DNA of 64,000 nucleotides, taken from the NCBI GenBank assembly GCA_026936335.1, contig JAPMXV010000069.1:124001-188000 (forward strand), given 5' to 3'. Under the pieces are notes generated by a model. It searched no databases. It was not told the DNA's origin and saw only the letters and a list, made by a program, of their open reading frames with translations. This stretch comes from Mantamonas sphyraenae STR306 (taxonomy: Eukaryota; Protista; CRuMs). Each line of letters begins with the position of its first letter. The first letter of the stretch is position 1. The translations under genes and the position numbers were made by a program. Positions 1-10,569 of the stretch are shown piece after piece.

Positions 1-788
1 CACACGCCCGGTTTGGTGGCTTCGGTGGGAGGCGACAACACAATGCGAGTGTGGCACGTGCCGTCCAACACACAGGTGGCTCTGTTGACGCTGGACAACA
101 CGCCCGAGTGTGTTGTGTTTGACCCTGTGTTGCACGCATCTGGGTCAGCACCCAGGGAGGCGTCCTCATGCACGTGGACTACGCCGACGTGTGGCGTCTG
201 TTCCAAGACAACGACCACACCCTGGACGAGCCAGTGGCTCTGGATGGAGGCAATTGCACAGGGGTTGCACACAGCCACGGCGAGGCGGTGATCGACCAGG
301 TGCTGTTTGTACCGCAGGCGGCGGAGAAGGGCAAGGAGGAGGCCACAAGGGTGCTGACCAAAGACGTGCGTGGACAGATCCAAATGTGGCAAGTGGATGG
401 TGGTGGCACGGGGAGCGGCAACGAGGAATCTGTGCTGTTTCAGGCTCGGGTGCCGGACGCGTGCCGCACCAAGATGGATGTGAGCAGCAACGGTCGCTTC
501 CTGGCGGTGGGCAACGCAACGGGTGCTGTGCTACTCTACGATCTGCATACGCCCCTGCGTCGCAGCAACGGCGGGACGGGGCGGGTGAAGAATGTGCCTG
601 CGTTGACGTCGCTGACGCACCGGCGAGCGAGCAAAAACAGCGTCAGTTGGGTGCAGTTTGGTAGCAACGACACACAAATCCTGCAGGGGACACAGGAGAC
701 GGTGTTGCTTCGGTTTGACTTTGTGCATCCGAAGCATTTTGTCGTGGAAGACGACGATGACGACGATGAGGAGGAGGAAGGGGAGTGA
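1..788 (+). CDS. WD40 protein, divergent EED/ESC/FIE-like (PRC2 subunit); 5'-truncated, one frame break near 133
   Basis: HTPGLVASVGGDNTMRVWHVPSNTQVALL resembles EED [42 protein letters not shown]...LTHRRASKNSVSWVQF...LLRFDF resembles LALGNQVGKLYVWDL...LTHHKCGAAIRQTSF...IWRWDR. Joins ORFs 13..291 and 168..788. Confidence 0.6.
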
Positions 789-839
789 GGGAGCCGCCGC
801 TCGATTGGATGCAAAACAAACCCACACAAACCAAACACA

Positions 840-1718
840 ATGTCGCAGAGCAAGAAAGCAATCATTTACGGTGGCAATGGCCAGCTGGGCAAGGCTGTTC
901 TGAGCAAGTTCAAGACGGAGGGCTGGTTCACCATCGCGGTGGACCGTTCGGCAAACTCGGACGCCGACGTCAACGTGGAGGTCAGCGGCGGCTCGCTGAA
1001 GGAGGATGGCCCGTTGGTGACGGAGAAGCTGGTGGAGGTGGCCAACGAGAGTGATGCACGTGCGTGAACAACATCAAGCGAGAGGAGTGGGTGAGCCAAA
1101 AAGGATGATTCCGGCTGACACGGTTTTTCACATCATCATCCCCCGCGCACAAAACCCGCTGGACGAACGCACACACGTCAACGCACGCCGTGTGAATCCT
1201 GGACGGATTCATGGATGTACACACACACACACACACACACACATGCACACACACGCTCTCCCTCTCTGACAGTGATCTGCGTGGCTGGCGGCTGGCGCGG
1301 AGGCTCGATTGCCAACGACGACGTGTTTGAGAACACGCAGGTGCTGAGCAGCATGTGTCTGGACACGAGCTTCATTGCAGCACACGCAGCCAGCAAGGTG
1401 CTGAACAAGGACGGCATGCTTGTTCTGACAGGTGCAGGTGCAGCCATGGGGGAGACGTCGGGGATGGTGGGGTACGGCGCAGTCAAGGCGGCGGTGCACC
1501 ATCTCATTGCCGATCTGGCCGCAGACAAGGACAGCTTTGCCGAAGGCGTCGTTGTGGCTGGCATTGCCCCTGGCATTCTGGACACCAAAACAAACAGGGA
1601 GGGCATGCCGGACGCCGACTTTTCCACCTGGACGCCGCTGGAAACCGTGGCCGACCTGCTGTTCGACTGGTCCAGCGGCAACAACAGGCCCGAGAGCGGA
1701 TCCATCGTGGATGTGTAA
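840..1718 (+). CDS. QDPR: Dihydropteridine reductase (SDR family), 2 exons (840-1059, 1273-1718)
   Basis: IIYGGNGQLG Rossmann motif; splicing restores DA-LICVAGGW; YGAVK catalytic YxxxK; LDTKTNREGMPDADFSTWTPLE signature. Confidence 0.92.
1060..1272 (+). other. GT-AG intron of QDPR containing a (CA)n tract (about 1219-1253)
   Basis: GTGCGT donor, CTGACAG acceptor; phase-1 join restores the frame. Confidence 0.88.
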
Positions 1719-1790
1719 GGATGGTGCACAGAGCGAGTGAGGTGAGAGAGGATTGAGAGAGAGAGAGGCAATGGAGCATGCGTTGCGCCT

Positions 1791-2396
1791 GTGGAGGCAG
1801 GCTTGGGATTGGAAAAGGAGGGGCAAATGAGCACGGGTCGCGTGAAACATGGGTTTGGAGTGGATGGGTTGCGTTCGTTGGTGTTGCCTGTGCTGTCGGC
1901 TGGGCGCCAAAGCAGCGGGATTGTACATAGGTACCCGCGTGTGCTTGGCATGGATGTGGGGGATCGGCGTGTGGGGCTGGCCATGTCCGACCCCAGTGCC
2001 ACGTTTGCCAGCTCGTTCTCGCAGGCGTTGGTGCGCACACGGAACACCCACGCAGCGGCAGACACGTTGCGTGGCCATATTGAGGCCAACGCGGTGGGGG
2101 CTCTTGTGGTTGGCTTTCCGCTGCTCATGAACGGCCAGGAAAGCCAGCAGTGTGTCAAGACGCGAGCGTTTGTACAAAGCATGTGTGACCTGGGCGCCAT
2201 CGACGACCAAACACCTGTGATTTACTGGGATGAGCGACTCACCACGCGGGCAGCGTTGCGGAATTACTCGGCGGCGGCGGCGGCCGGTGGCAAGCGACGC
2301 ACGCTGGACAAGCGCAGCGGCGAGTTGGATCAAATGGCCGCGTGTTACATCTTGCAGAATGCATTGGATGCCCTACAGACGATGCTGCGCACGTGA
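1791..2396 (+). CDS. yqgF: YqgF/RuvX-family RNase H-fold nuclease (pre-16S rRNA maturation), probably organelle-targeted; likely start ATG 1828 region
   Basis: VLGMDVGDRRVGLAMSD, LVVGFPLLMNG, YWDERLTT and LDQMAACYILQ motifs, with an N-terminal extension. Confidence 0.88.
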   Translation: MEAGLGLEKEGQMSTGRVKHGFGVDGLRSLVLPVLSAGRQSSGIVHRYPRVLGMDVGDRRVGLAMSDPSATFASSFSQALVRTRNTHAAADTLRGHIEANAVGALVVGFPLLMNGQESQQCVKTRAFVQSMCDLGAIDDQTPVIYWDERLTTRAALRNYSAAAAAGGKRRTLDKRSGELDQMAACYILQNALDALQTMLRT

Positions 2397-2417
2397 AGTC
2401 AATACAAATCCATTGGG

Positions 2418-2452
2418 ATGGGTGGGAAAAAGCGTTCGAAGCGAAGTGGGGC

Positions 2453-2488
<36 letters not shown>

Positions 2489-4252
2489 TGGCACCCACTC
2501 CTCTTCCTCGTCTTCCTCGTCCCTGTTGGCGTCGTCGTCGTCAGCATCCAGCAACGACGGCCACAGTGTGACTGCGACTGTGCCTGTGTTGGATGACGCC
2601 GTGGTGGAGCTGTGGAACCTGGTGAGAGACGGAGTGGAAGCCAGTGTCGACTCGGCACTGCGTCTGCTGGCGCCCATGCCACCCAAGCAGGCGCATGAGG
2701 CCAAAGGCATGAGCAATCTGGACCAATTGCTGCATCCGGTGAAGCGCAAACAGGAGTTTGGACGCCATTCAATGTATGCGGCGCTTGACGGGCGGCCACA
2801 GCAGGCGTTGGCGGGGACGCAGGCGCTGCTTGCCGCCTTGACGGCCCTGGAGAGCGCGTTGGGCGCCGTGGCCGCGTTTGAAGGAAACCCACTGTTGGGT
2901 GTGGCACATTTGAGCCACGCAGTGGCATTTGCAGGGCGCAGCAAACAGCATGCGGTTGTGCGGGAGCTTGTGAAGCAACGGGCGGTGCTGAATGTTCGCG
3001 CACAACGCTGGGAACAAGCGTTGCGCGACCAGGACCTGGCTTTGCGACTTGCATCCAAGCGTGCCAACCACTTGTTGCGTGCACGCCGTGCGGTTTGTCT
3101 CATCATGCTCCACAAGGACAAGCAGGCCACCCAGGAGCTGGCCGAGATTGCTGCCCAGTGCTCGGGATCAACCGTACCCAACACCCACGGCAAACTGGCA
3201 GTGGCAACGCTGGTGAGTGGCCAAAGTGCAACACGGGGGGCGGTGAGGAGAAGGAGGGATTGCACACACAAAAAGACAATCCTTGCTGACACAGCACACA
3301 CACACACACAAACACACAGAGGACGGTGTTGGACGACCTGATCTCAGGCAAAGGGGAAGTGAGCACCTCGGGCGCCTGCGTGGAAATGATGGAAGCTGTG
3401 AGCATGGACAGCACTCTGGATTCATTGGGGAAAGCGACACAGAACAAGGGTGCACTGTTGCGTGCGTTGCGTCTTCGTGTGGTCGACGCCAAAGACGACC
3501 TGACGGGCGAGCAGCAACGCATGCAGGCGTTGCGTGAGCAATGGCGAGCCAGAGCCACAGGCACAGGCAGCAACCAGACAGCAGGCATGCTGCAGGTGCT
3601 GTTTGGGGATCGAGGGAGGATGCGCTATGCTGCCCTGAACGTGGGTGTGGACAAGGATAAGCAGGCCGAGCTGCATCGGCTGGCTGCCAGCAGGCAGAGT
3701 CTGGCTCAACGACTGCCCAGGCTGCAGCCCAGCGTCAATGTGTTTGTGGCGCGCGGTCTGTGGGAACAGATGCTTTCCATTCAGCACCGACGCAGCCAAC
3801 CGCGCAGGTATGCGCTGCAGCTGGACAAAGCCAAGGAGGAAAAGGACAAGGGGAACAAGGCGTTCAGTAGCAAAGACATGCAGGTGGCCATGCAGCAGTA
3901 CACCACAGCCATCGAGTACGATTGGGAAAACCGCATCTACTATTCCAACCGAGCCACCGTGAGCATGAAGCTTGGCAATTGGCTCGATGTCATCAGTGAT
4001 TGTACCCAAAGCGTGCGCCTCGAAGGTTCCATCAAGGCCTACATGCGACGTGGCAAGGCCTGGAAGGAGCTGGAGGAGTACGAGTTGGCACACGCCGATT
4101 TCATGCTCAGCCTCGAGTACGAGCCTCACCACAAGGAGTGCAAGGCCAATGCGGCCGCTTGTTTGGCCATGGTGCGTGACAACATCCAGGCACAGGAGTC
4201 GGCCAATCCAGATGCCATGCTAGGCGTGTGGCTTGGCCAGGGAAGCGGATGA
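2418..4252 (+). CDS. TPR-domain protein with C-terminal carboxylate-clamp-type TPR triplet (Hsp70/Hsp90 co-chaperone-like); 2 exons, intron 3213-3319
   Basis: KDKGNKAF...YYSNRA...KAYMRRG TPR motifs; GTGAGT donor at 3213, GCTGAC branch, CACAG acceptor joining ORF 2418 to ORF 3326 in frame. Confidence 0.8.
2454..2484 (+). repeat. (GCA)n microsatellite encoding poly-Ser
   Basis: Direct observation. Confidence 0.9.
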
Positions 4253-4297
4253 GAGCGAAGTGTTTCCCAACAAACAACACAATCATGGTCATCGTCG

Positions 4298-5698
4298 TCA
4301 TCCAACACCGCTTCCATCCACTATGTCGACCGCATCACGCTTTGACAGCGTGCGCTGCACGAGGGCCAAGGCCGGTTTGACACCGCGTGCATTGGACAAC
4401 GACAGCTGCGCTTTCAGCGTGTTCAGATCGTCCACTGTGAGCACAGTGCCACGTCGTTGGATGAGAGAAAGCACAAATGGAGCAAACGTGCGTTCGTGGA
4501 GCACAGAGTCGGACAGGGCCCCGACGAAAGAAACCAACCGTACAACGTCGTCGTCCTCCAGTGGCACACGTTTGTCCAACACGCGCTTCATCACTGCCAA
4601 CGTATGCACGTTCCAGCTCCACTCGGTGCCTGGATTCATGTCCAACGCCGTGTGCAACATCGCTGCCAGTTGCTCGCCGTCCAGCTGCTCAAACAGCAAC
4701 CGGTTCAGCAGCTGCAGGTGGTGGCTGTTGAGATCGGACAAAGTGAGCAGAGGCAACAACAAATGCTGTGTGGCCACGTTGCTGTGCACCTGCATCACGT
4801 ACAGCAGCGTGGCCTGTAGATCGCGCGGAGCTCCCTCCTCCAACGACACCAGACGCGGCCACACCAGTTGCTGTACCGCTTGTGCACTGCGACGGAACGA
4901 TGTCTCTGCGGTTACAAGCTGCTGCAGAAGAAATAGCACAGTTGAGGCGTCCTTCACCTCCACCAACGCCAGGGCCTGGTCCAGCTCCGCCACGCTCGTC
5001 AAGTACTCCACCTCCTCTTCAATGGCTTCTGCACTGCGATTGTGCGCCTGCATCTTGCTCAGCTTTGCATTCAACGACGCCATGGTCTCCTGCATCTCTG
5101 GTGACGGCCCTGTGTGCGTACTGGTATTGGCCGCAGCTTCTTCCTCCACGTCCATCTCTCCCAAAGTTGTCTCGCCCTTCACGTCGCCATCCCCGTCGTC
5201 GTCAATGACCTCATGGTGCGAGCTTGTCTGGCTCGCATCCTGAGATGCACCATCCGTACTGCCGCCTGAGGCAAACATCATCGACGCCGGTTCCTCCAGC
5301 AGCTGTGCCACAAGGTTGTGGAATGCCTCGCCGTGTTTCTCCATGTCACGTGTTCCTTTGTGCCGTCGCACGTACGTGTGCACTCGGTTCCGTATCCTTG
5401 GTGGCAAGGTGAGCGAAGCGGTTCCGCTGCTGCGTTCCTGACGTCGTTCCTGACTCTGCCCAGACTCTATGCGCGCGCGTTTGCCTTTGTCGATAACATC
5501 AACGTCGTCACATGCACCCATTCCATAATCTCGGTCCACCTCCATCGCCTGTTCAATGTCCTCAAGCGTCCAGCTGTTGCTCGACGCCAACGCGCTCACC
5601 TCTGTCCACCACGAAGAGGAAGCAAATGCGGCCCAAAGTGCACGGTGCTGCAGCTGCTGGTCTTTATGTACATTGTTTGCGTCGCCCCTGCTGCTCAT
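4298..5698 (-). CDS. FANCE: Fanconi anemia group E protein (FANCE C-terminal domain)
   Basis: LVWPRLVSLEEGAPRDLQATL and WNVHTLAVMKRVLDKRVPL...FAPFVLSLIQR align by eye with human FANCE [21 protein letters not shown] and WKEETFLVLQSLLERQVEM...YAKLMLTVMTK. First ATG at 5698. Confidence 0.75.
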   Translation of the reverse strand: MSSRGDANNVHKDQQLQHRALWAAFASSSWWTEVSALASSNSWTLEDIEQAMEVDRDYGMGACDDVDVIDKGKRARIESGQSQERRQERSSGTASLTLPPRIRNRVHTYVRRHKGTRDMEKHGEAFHNLVAQLLEEPASMMFASGGSTDGASQDASQTSSHHEVIDDDGDGDVKGETTLGEMDVEEEAAANTSTHTGPSPEMQETMASLNAKLSKMQAHNRSAEAIEEEVEYLTSVAELDQALALVEVKDASTVLFLLQQLVTAETSFRRSAQAVQQLVWPRLVSLEEGAPRDLQATLLYVMQVHSNVATQHLLLPLLTLSDLNSHHLQLLNRLLFEQLDGEQLAAMLHTALDMNPGTEWSWNVHTLAVMKRVLDKRVPLEDDDVVRLVSFVGALSDSVLHERTFAPFVLSLIQRRGTVLTVDDLNTLKAQLSLSNARGVKPALALVQRTLSKRDAVDIVDGSGVG

Positions 5699-5714
5699 GT
5701 GAGAGAACTGGGGA

Positions 5715-8700
5715 TCACGAAGAGCGCAGGCGATGGTCACCCCGGCGCAGCCGTGTCGTCAGCGTGTCAAAGTACGCAGAAGGCACGATGCGCGTGTACT
5801 GGCCCGTGTGTTGCGGCTCGTCATCGGGAACCTTGCGCTCGTGCTGCCCATCCAGGATCTCGTGCATGGCGGCGTCAAAGTCCCGGAGCAGTGTGCGCAC
5901 ATCCGCACGTCCCGCCAGACTCTTGCGAGCCGCCTCCACGTGTGCCTGCCGTGCTTCAATGTAAGCCAACAGTCGGTCGCGGTCAAACGAGAGCGGCCGG
6001 ATCAGACGTAGCGTATCTGCAATCAGGGCGGTTTTGATGCGCTCGTCCAGCGGTGTGGCTGTGGCCATGGACGGCGAGGCATTCACCTCAATGAGCCACG
6101 CCTTTAGATTCTGGTCCACCAGGATGTCGTACCCGTACAGTTCAAAGCATGCAGGGTTCTGAGTGATGTGTTCTTGCACACAAAACAGGCTCTTCACAAT
6201 CACCTGCTGAATGTTGGCCCACATGGCCGCCACATCCACTCCCTCTTGGGCCAGAAGCTCGTTCATGAAGGCAAGACTGATTTTGGAGCCTCCCTGCTTG
6301 CCTGGATCATCGCTCAGCACGTTTGGCGTCTCCGAGTCCTTTTGGATGGACGAGTTGGTCAGGTGAATGAACAGGTTGTCCAAATCCTGGCTACGTGTGC
6401 TGTACGGCTGTGTCGACAGCCGTGCAAAGCCTTCGTCGTACAGCCACACTTCCATGGGTTCGAACGAGGTCACCAGCACATACAGACGCAAATCAAACTT
6501 AAAGCCACGCAGCAGCAGCGGGTCTTTGATGTATCTCTGGATGATCATGGCCTGGCCGTACACAATCGAGGTGATGTCATCCACCAGATAGATGCCTCTG
6601 CCCTGCGACGAGCCCAACGGCTTCATGATCCACAGATTGTGCTCGGGGTCCTCCTCCATCACCTGCGTGTACGCGTCTGCAAACGCCACGTACTCTTTCG
6701 GCAACAGATAGCTGTCTGGTGTAAAGTGGAACATTTGTGCTGTGCGTCCTCCCAGCGCCGTGTAACGTGCCACGTGCTTCTTCAGCTGGTCTTTGTGTGT
6801 CAGATGAAGCGAGTTGGGAAAGTGGTTCACCCGTTGCCAGATCAACAGCCGTTCAAAGTCGATTTTCGGCCTCTTCCACGTCCACAGCACGTTGAACGCA
6901 GGCACTTGCAGCTTGGAGGTGTCTGTCCACTCTTGGCCCAGCGTGGACGTAGCCGCAAGCAGGATGTCGCTGATTTCCGGTCGCTGGGTCGCCCGCACGT
7001 GGTAGCACATGTGTGCAGGCGACACTTGCTGTGACTGATGCTCTTCAAGTGGCTCTTCCTCCGTGGCCTCGTCCTCGGTGGTACTGCTCGGTCGAGGGAA
7101 GGCATGCATGGCTTCGCGCCACGCTTCGAGGTCGGCTTTTAGATGCGACAGCAGCGCATCAATCCCAAGCTCGGTGCCTGTGTAGTAGCCTCCGAACAAG
7201 GCTTCGGCCTTGGGATAGTCCTGGACATAGGGCAAGGTGGTGACAGATGGACCCTGTTCGCGCTCTTGCTGCTCGCGCTGCTGCTGCTGTACACTTTCGC
7301 TCTTTGTGCTACGATGCTGCAGCAGCCTGTACAACAGGTTGCTGGTCTGATCCACGCTTCCCTCTGTCTGCATGGCGTACCGTTCGATGATGCGTCGTGG
7401 AATGTTTGGATACGCCTCCATCATCAGCTCGACCACGTCCTTGTCCTCGTCCTCTGCACCCTCTCCGTCGCTTTCCACCTCTTCCACCAGCGGCGATGGG
7501 CTTTCCCGCACCATGGCAGGCAGTGGAGAGGGTGCCAATTCCGTGTCTGAGGCGGTGGCACCTGCTCCCTGCTCCGGCTCCGGCTCTGCCTCTGCCACTG
7601 GACTCGCCGGATGCTCCATAGTGTCTGTGATATCCGTCGTAGCAGATGGTACATCTTCGTGCTGTCCAACAAGCTTGTCATCTGTTGCATCGGCGTGACC
7701 GTCGTATTTCACGTCCTCGACCACCTCCTCCTCCTCCTCCTCTTCCGCTTCGTACTCTTCATATTCCTCGTCCTCGTATTCCTCCTCCATCTCACCATCA
7801 ACTGTTTCCTGGTTCACACCCCTATCCGGCAGGTGGTCATCTGCCTCACCATTGCCCTCGTTTGCACTGCCGCCTGCTCCATCCGCCTCCTCCACGTGCT
7901 GCACAACCTCTTCCTCCTCGTCGTCGTCACTGATCCCATCCATGTCATCCACACTGATGTCGACGCGAATGCCAGCGTCACCGTGTTCGTCATCACTGTT
8001 GGACAAGTGGCCCAAGTCTTCGCTTGTGTACGATTCACTCTCACTTGCCTGTGTGGGCATGGGCATACTCTTGCTGCGTTCCCTGCCTTTGCGCTTAACT
8101 CTTCCCGTGTCCAGCGGCACCCACTTGCGTCGAGGCCTGCGTGTGCCAGGTGTCTCCTCCGCCGCTACCGCTGCCGGTGTCTTTTTCCGCCTTTGCACAC
8201 CCTTGCGCTTCTTACGTCCACTCGGAAGCGATGGATGGGCTGGTGCACTTGTGCTCTCCCAAACAAGATCGCTTGCGGACGCTGCCAGCTGTTTGCGCAG
8301 CTCTGCCGACACGCTGCGTGGTCCGTTTCTGCTACGCGGCCGTGATCGGCTTCCACTGGACGATGAAGACACGCCCGAGCCCCGTGGTGCGCCCCCCCAT
8401 GGGTTCTCTGTCCCTGCTTTGCGATGAGCCGCTTTGCCACCGGTCGCCTCTGGCTCTCTGTTGGCAGCAAGGTGCGAGCGCCCAGGTCGAACGGGGCTCA
8501 CAGGCTCCTCAAACCCCTCCTGCACTGCAAACTCCTCCAGCAGCGTCCTGTCCTCCAGCTCCTGCTCAATAATAGACTTTTCGTACGCCAATGCACTGTG
8601 TCACACGTGCGTCACCGAGTCAGCACTGTGCTCCCACGGCGGCCTGTGTTGACCCCGGTTTCGATCACTCACCTTTGCTGCGCTCCTGCGCCTCCCGACG

Positions 8701-8920
8701 CCAAGGAGGCGTTGATGCGGCCCAGGCGCTGCTTCAGCGAGTCTGAATCCAGGCCAAAGATGTCCATGGTTCCATCAAAGCTGAGCAATGCCACCTCGTC
8801 AGCCAGGGCGTCCCAGGTGGGCATCAGGATGGTTTCCTGGGCCTCGTCCAGCCACGCCATCATCTCCTCCATTTCCAGTTCGTCGCCCAGATCCAAGCCC
8901 AGGCCAGCAGAACGGGACAT
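5715..8920 (-). CDS. Tubulin-tyrosine-ligase-like polyglutamylase (TTLL) with long acidic N-terminus and CUE-like domain; intron 8596-8672
   Basis: VNHFPNS, WIMKPLGSSQGRGI, QRYIKDPLL, KFDLRLY, HLTNSSIQK, FELYGYD, LIEVNASPS ATP-grasp motifs. The upstream exon joins in frame via GTGAGT...CACAG. Confidence 0.92.
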
Positions 8921-8987
8921 TGCGTGTGTGACCGGGTGTGTGGATGGATGGCGCTGTCGAAACCAACAACCCAAGGACGAGCCAAAA

Positions 8988-10532
8988 ATGAGTTTCAGGC
9001 GCTGGCGCACTTTGTCCTTGCTGCTGCTCCTCACAGCCACCTTTGCTGCGGCTGTGGCTGTGGCGGCGGCAGATGCAGACACTGCAACATCCAGCGGTGC
9101 ATCGAGTGGGACGGCCGGTGTGGATGCCGTCTCGGCAGAGGCGTCGACGGCCACCCCAGAGGCGCGCGGTGGACGACGCAAACGCGTGGCCATCATTGGC
9201 GCTGGCATCGGCGGGGCGGCGTCGGCACACTACCTGCGCGAGCTGCTGGGTGAAGGTGTGGAGATGGATGTGTACGAGGCGGCAGGGCGTGTGGGAGGAC
9301 GTGCACGGCACGTGATGCAACACGGCGTGCAGGTGGAGTTGGGCGGGAGCATCTTCCACACCAACAACCGAAACATGTTTGGGTTTGTGGACATGCTCAA
9401 CCTGACCCGCATCCAACCATTCACCACTCCGGGCCTGGACATCGATGCCATCTGGAACGGTCGCAGCTTCGACCACCTGGACTCGGACAGCCCCACCCTC
9501 GACAAGCTGCGCCTCCTGTGGAACCATTGGTACACACCCATCGACGTCCACAACCTGGCCGCACGCGTGCTCAACCGTGTCATGGCATACAACGAAAAGG
9601 CCCAGCATGGCCAACTCCGCTTCGAATCCATTCCCGAATTCCTGCAACGCAGTGGCCTCGACAACTTTGCCAGCATGACCTTCCAGGAGCTGGCTGAGGA
9701 ACGGCTCATGGACGAAGACTTTGTGCGCATCTTCCTTGCCGCCGTCTCGAGACGCATCTACAACCAAGACCTGCACGAGCTCAACTCCCTCGCCGGCCTT
9801 GTTGCCCTCATTGGCTCCAACCCGGAGGACCTGCACACCGTCCAAGGTGGCAACGATCGGATCATGAAGGGTCTGTTGCAACGCAGTGGGGCAACCGTCC
9901 ACCTGAGTCAGGCTGTGCGCAAGGTGTCCAGGACCCCTGGTGGTTACCTGGTGCACACCGCCTCCAAAGGTGAGGTGCCCACAGAGTACGACGCCGTGCT
10001 GTTGGCCACACCGTTCAAGTACGCAGGCATTACACTGGAAGTGGAGATGGAAAACGGGGTGGAGGAGCGTTTGCAGGTGGCGTACAGGCAGACGGTGACC
10101 ACGGTGCTGACGGGCAAGCTCAACCCGGCGTACTTTGGCATGCAGCAGCAGGTGAAGGAAATGCCTCACACGGTCATGACCACCACCAACGCTTCCATCC
10201 CGTTCTCCTGCGTGGCAGGCATCGGTCATGCCAACGACGGTTCGGGAGACATTGTGTTCAAGATCTTCAGCCGCACTCCGGTGCCAAAACGGGTCCTGGA
10301 CAGGCTGTTCCTGCGACGACGCAACACACAAGTGTTTCCCTTCTGGGCTTACCCCGTGCTGCACCCCATCACCACCCCGGAATCTGCGCCGCCCGTACGC
10401 ATCGACGGCGACAACCTGTTGTACATTAACGCCATGGAGAGTGCCGCCTCTGCCATGGAAAGCGAGACCTGGTCCGCGCGCAACGCCGCACAGCTCCTTG
10501 CAGACGCATGGGCAAACACACAAAGTGAGTGA
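8988..10532 (+). CDS. PCYOX1: Prenylcysteine oxidase / farnesylcysteine lyase with signal peptide
   Basis: VAIIGAGIGG FAD motif, ELGGSIFH, YINAMESAASAMES...SARNAA; hydrophobic N-terminus after ATG 8988. Confidence 0.9.
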   Translation: MSFRRWRTLSLLLLLTATFAAAVAVAAADADTATSSGASSGTAGVDAVSAEASTATPEARGGRRKRVAIIGAGIGGAASAHYLRELLGEGVEMDVYEAAGRVGGRARHVMQHGVQVELGGSIFHTNNRNMFGFVDMLNLTRIQPFTTPGLDIDAIWNGRSFDHLDSDSPTLDKLRLLWNHWYTPIDVHNLAARVLNRVMAYNEKAQHGQLRFESIPEFLQRSGLDNFASMTFQELAEERLMDEDFVRIFLAAVSRRIYNQDLHELNSLAGLVALIGSNPEDLHTVQGGNDRIMKGLLQRSGATVHLSQAVRKVSRTPGGYLVHTASKGEVPTEYDAVLLATPFKYAGITLEVEMENGVEERLQVAYRQTVTTVLTGKLNPAYFGMQQQVKEMPHTVMTTTNASIPFSCVAGIGHANDGSGDIVFKIFSRTPVPKRVLDRLFLRRRNTQVFPFWAYPVLHPITTPESAPPVRIDGDNLLYINAMESAASAMESETWSARNAAQLLADAWANTQSE

Positions 10533-10569
10533 GGAATGAAGCACTGAAGCGCGCTTTTCATTCTCGCGA

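Noticed and set aside
3213-3341. Apparent frameshift or overlap between ORFs 2418 and 3326
   Set aside because: Explained by a canonical in-frame intron at 3213-3319.
8424-8987. Long N-terminal extension of the PCYOX1 ORF (likewise PSD from 56886 and RPA135 from 47968)
   Set aside because: These overlap the divergent neighbour or an intron; better starts or splice sites lie downstream.
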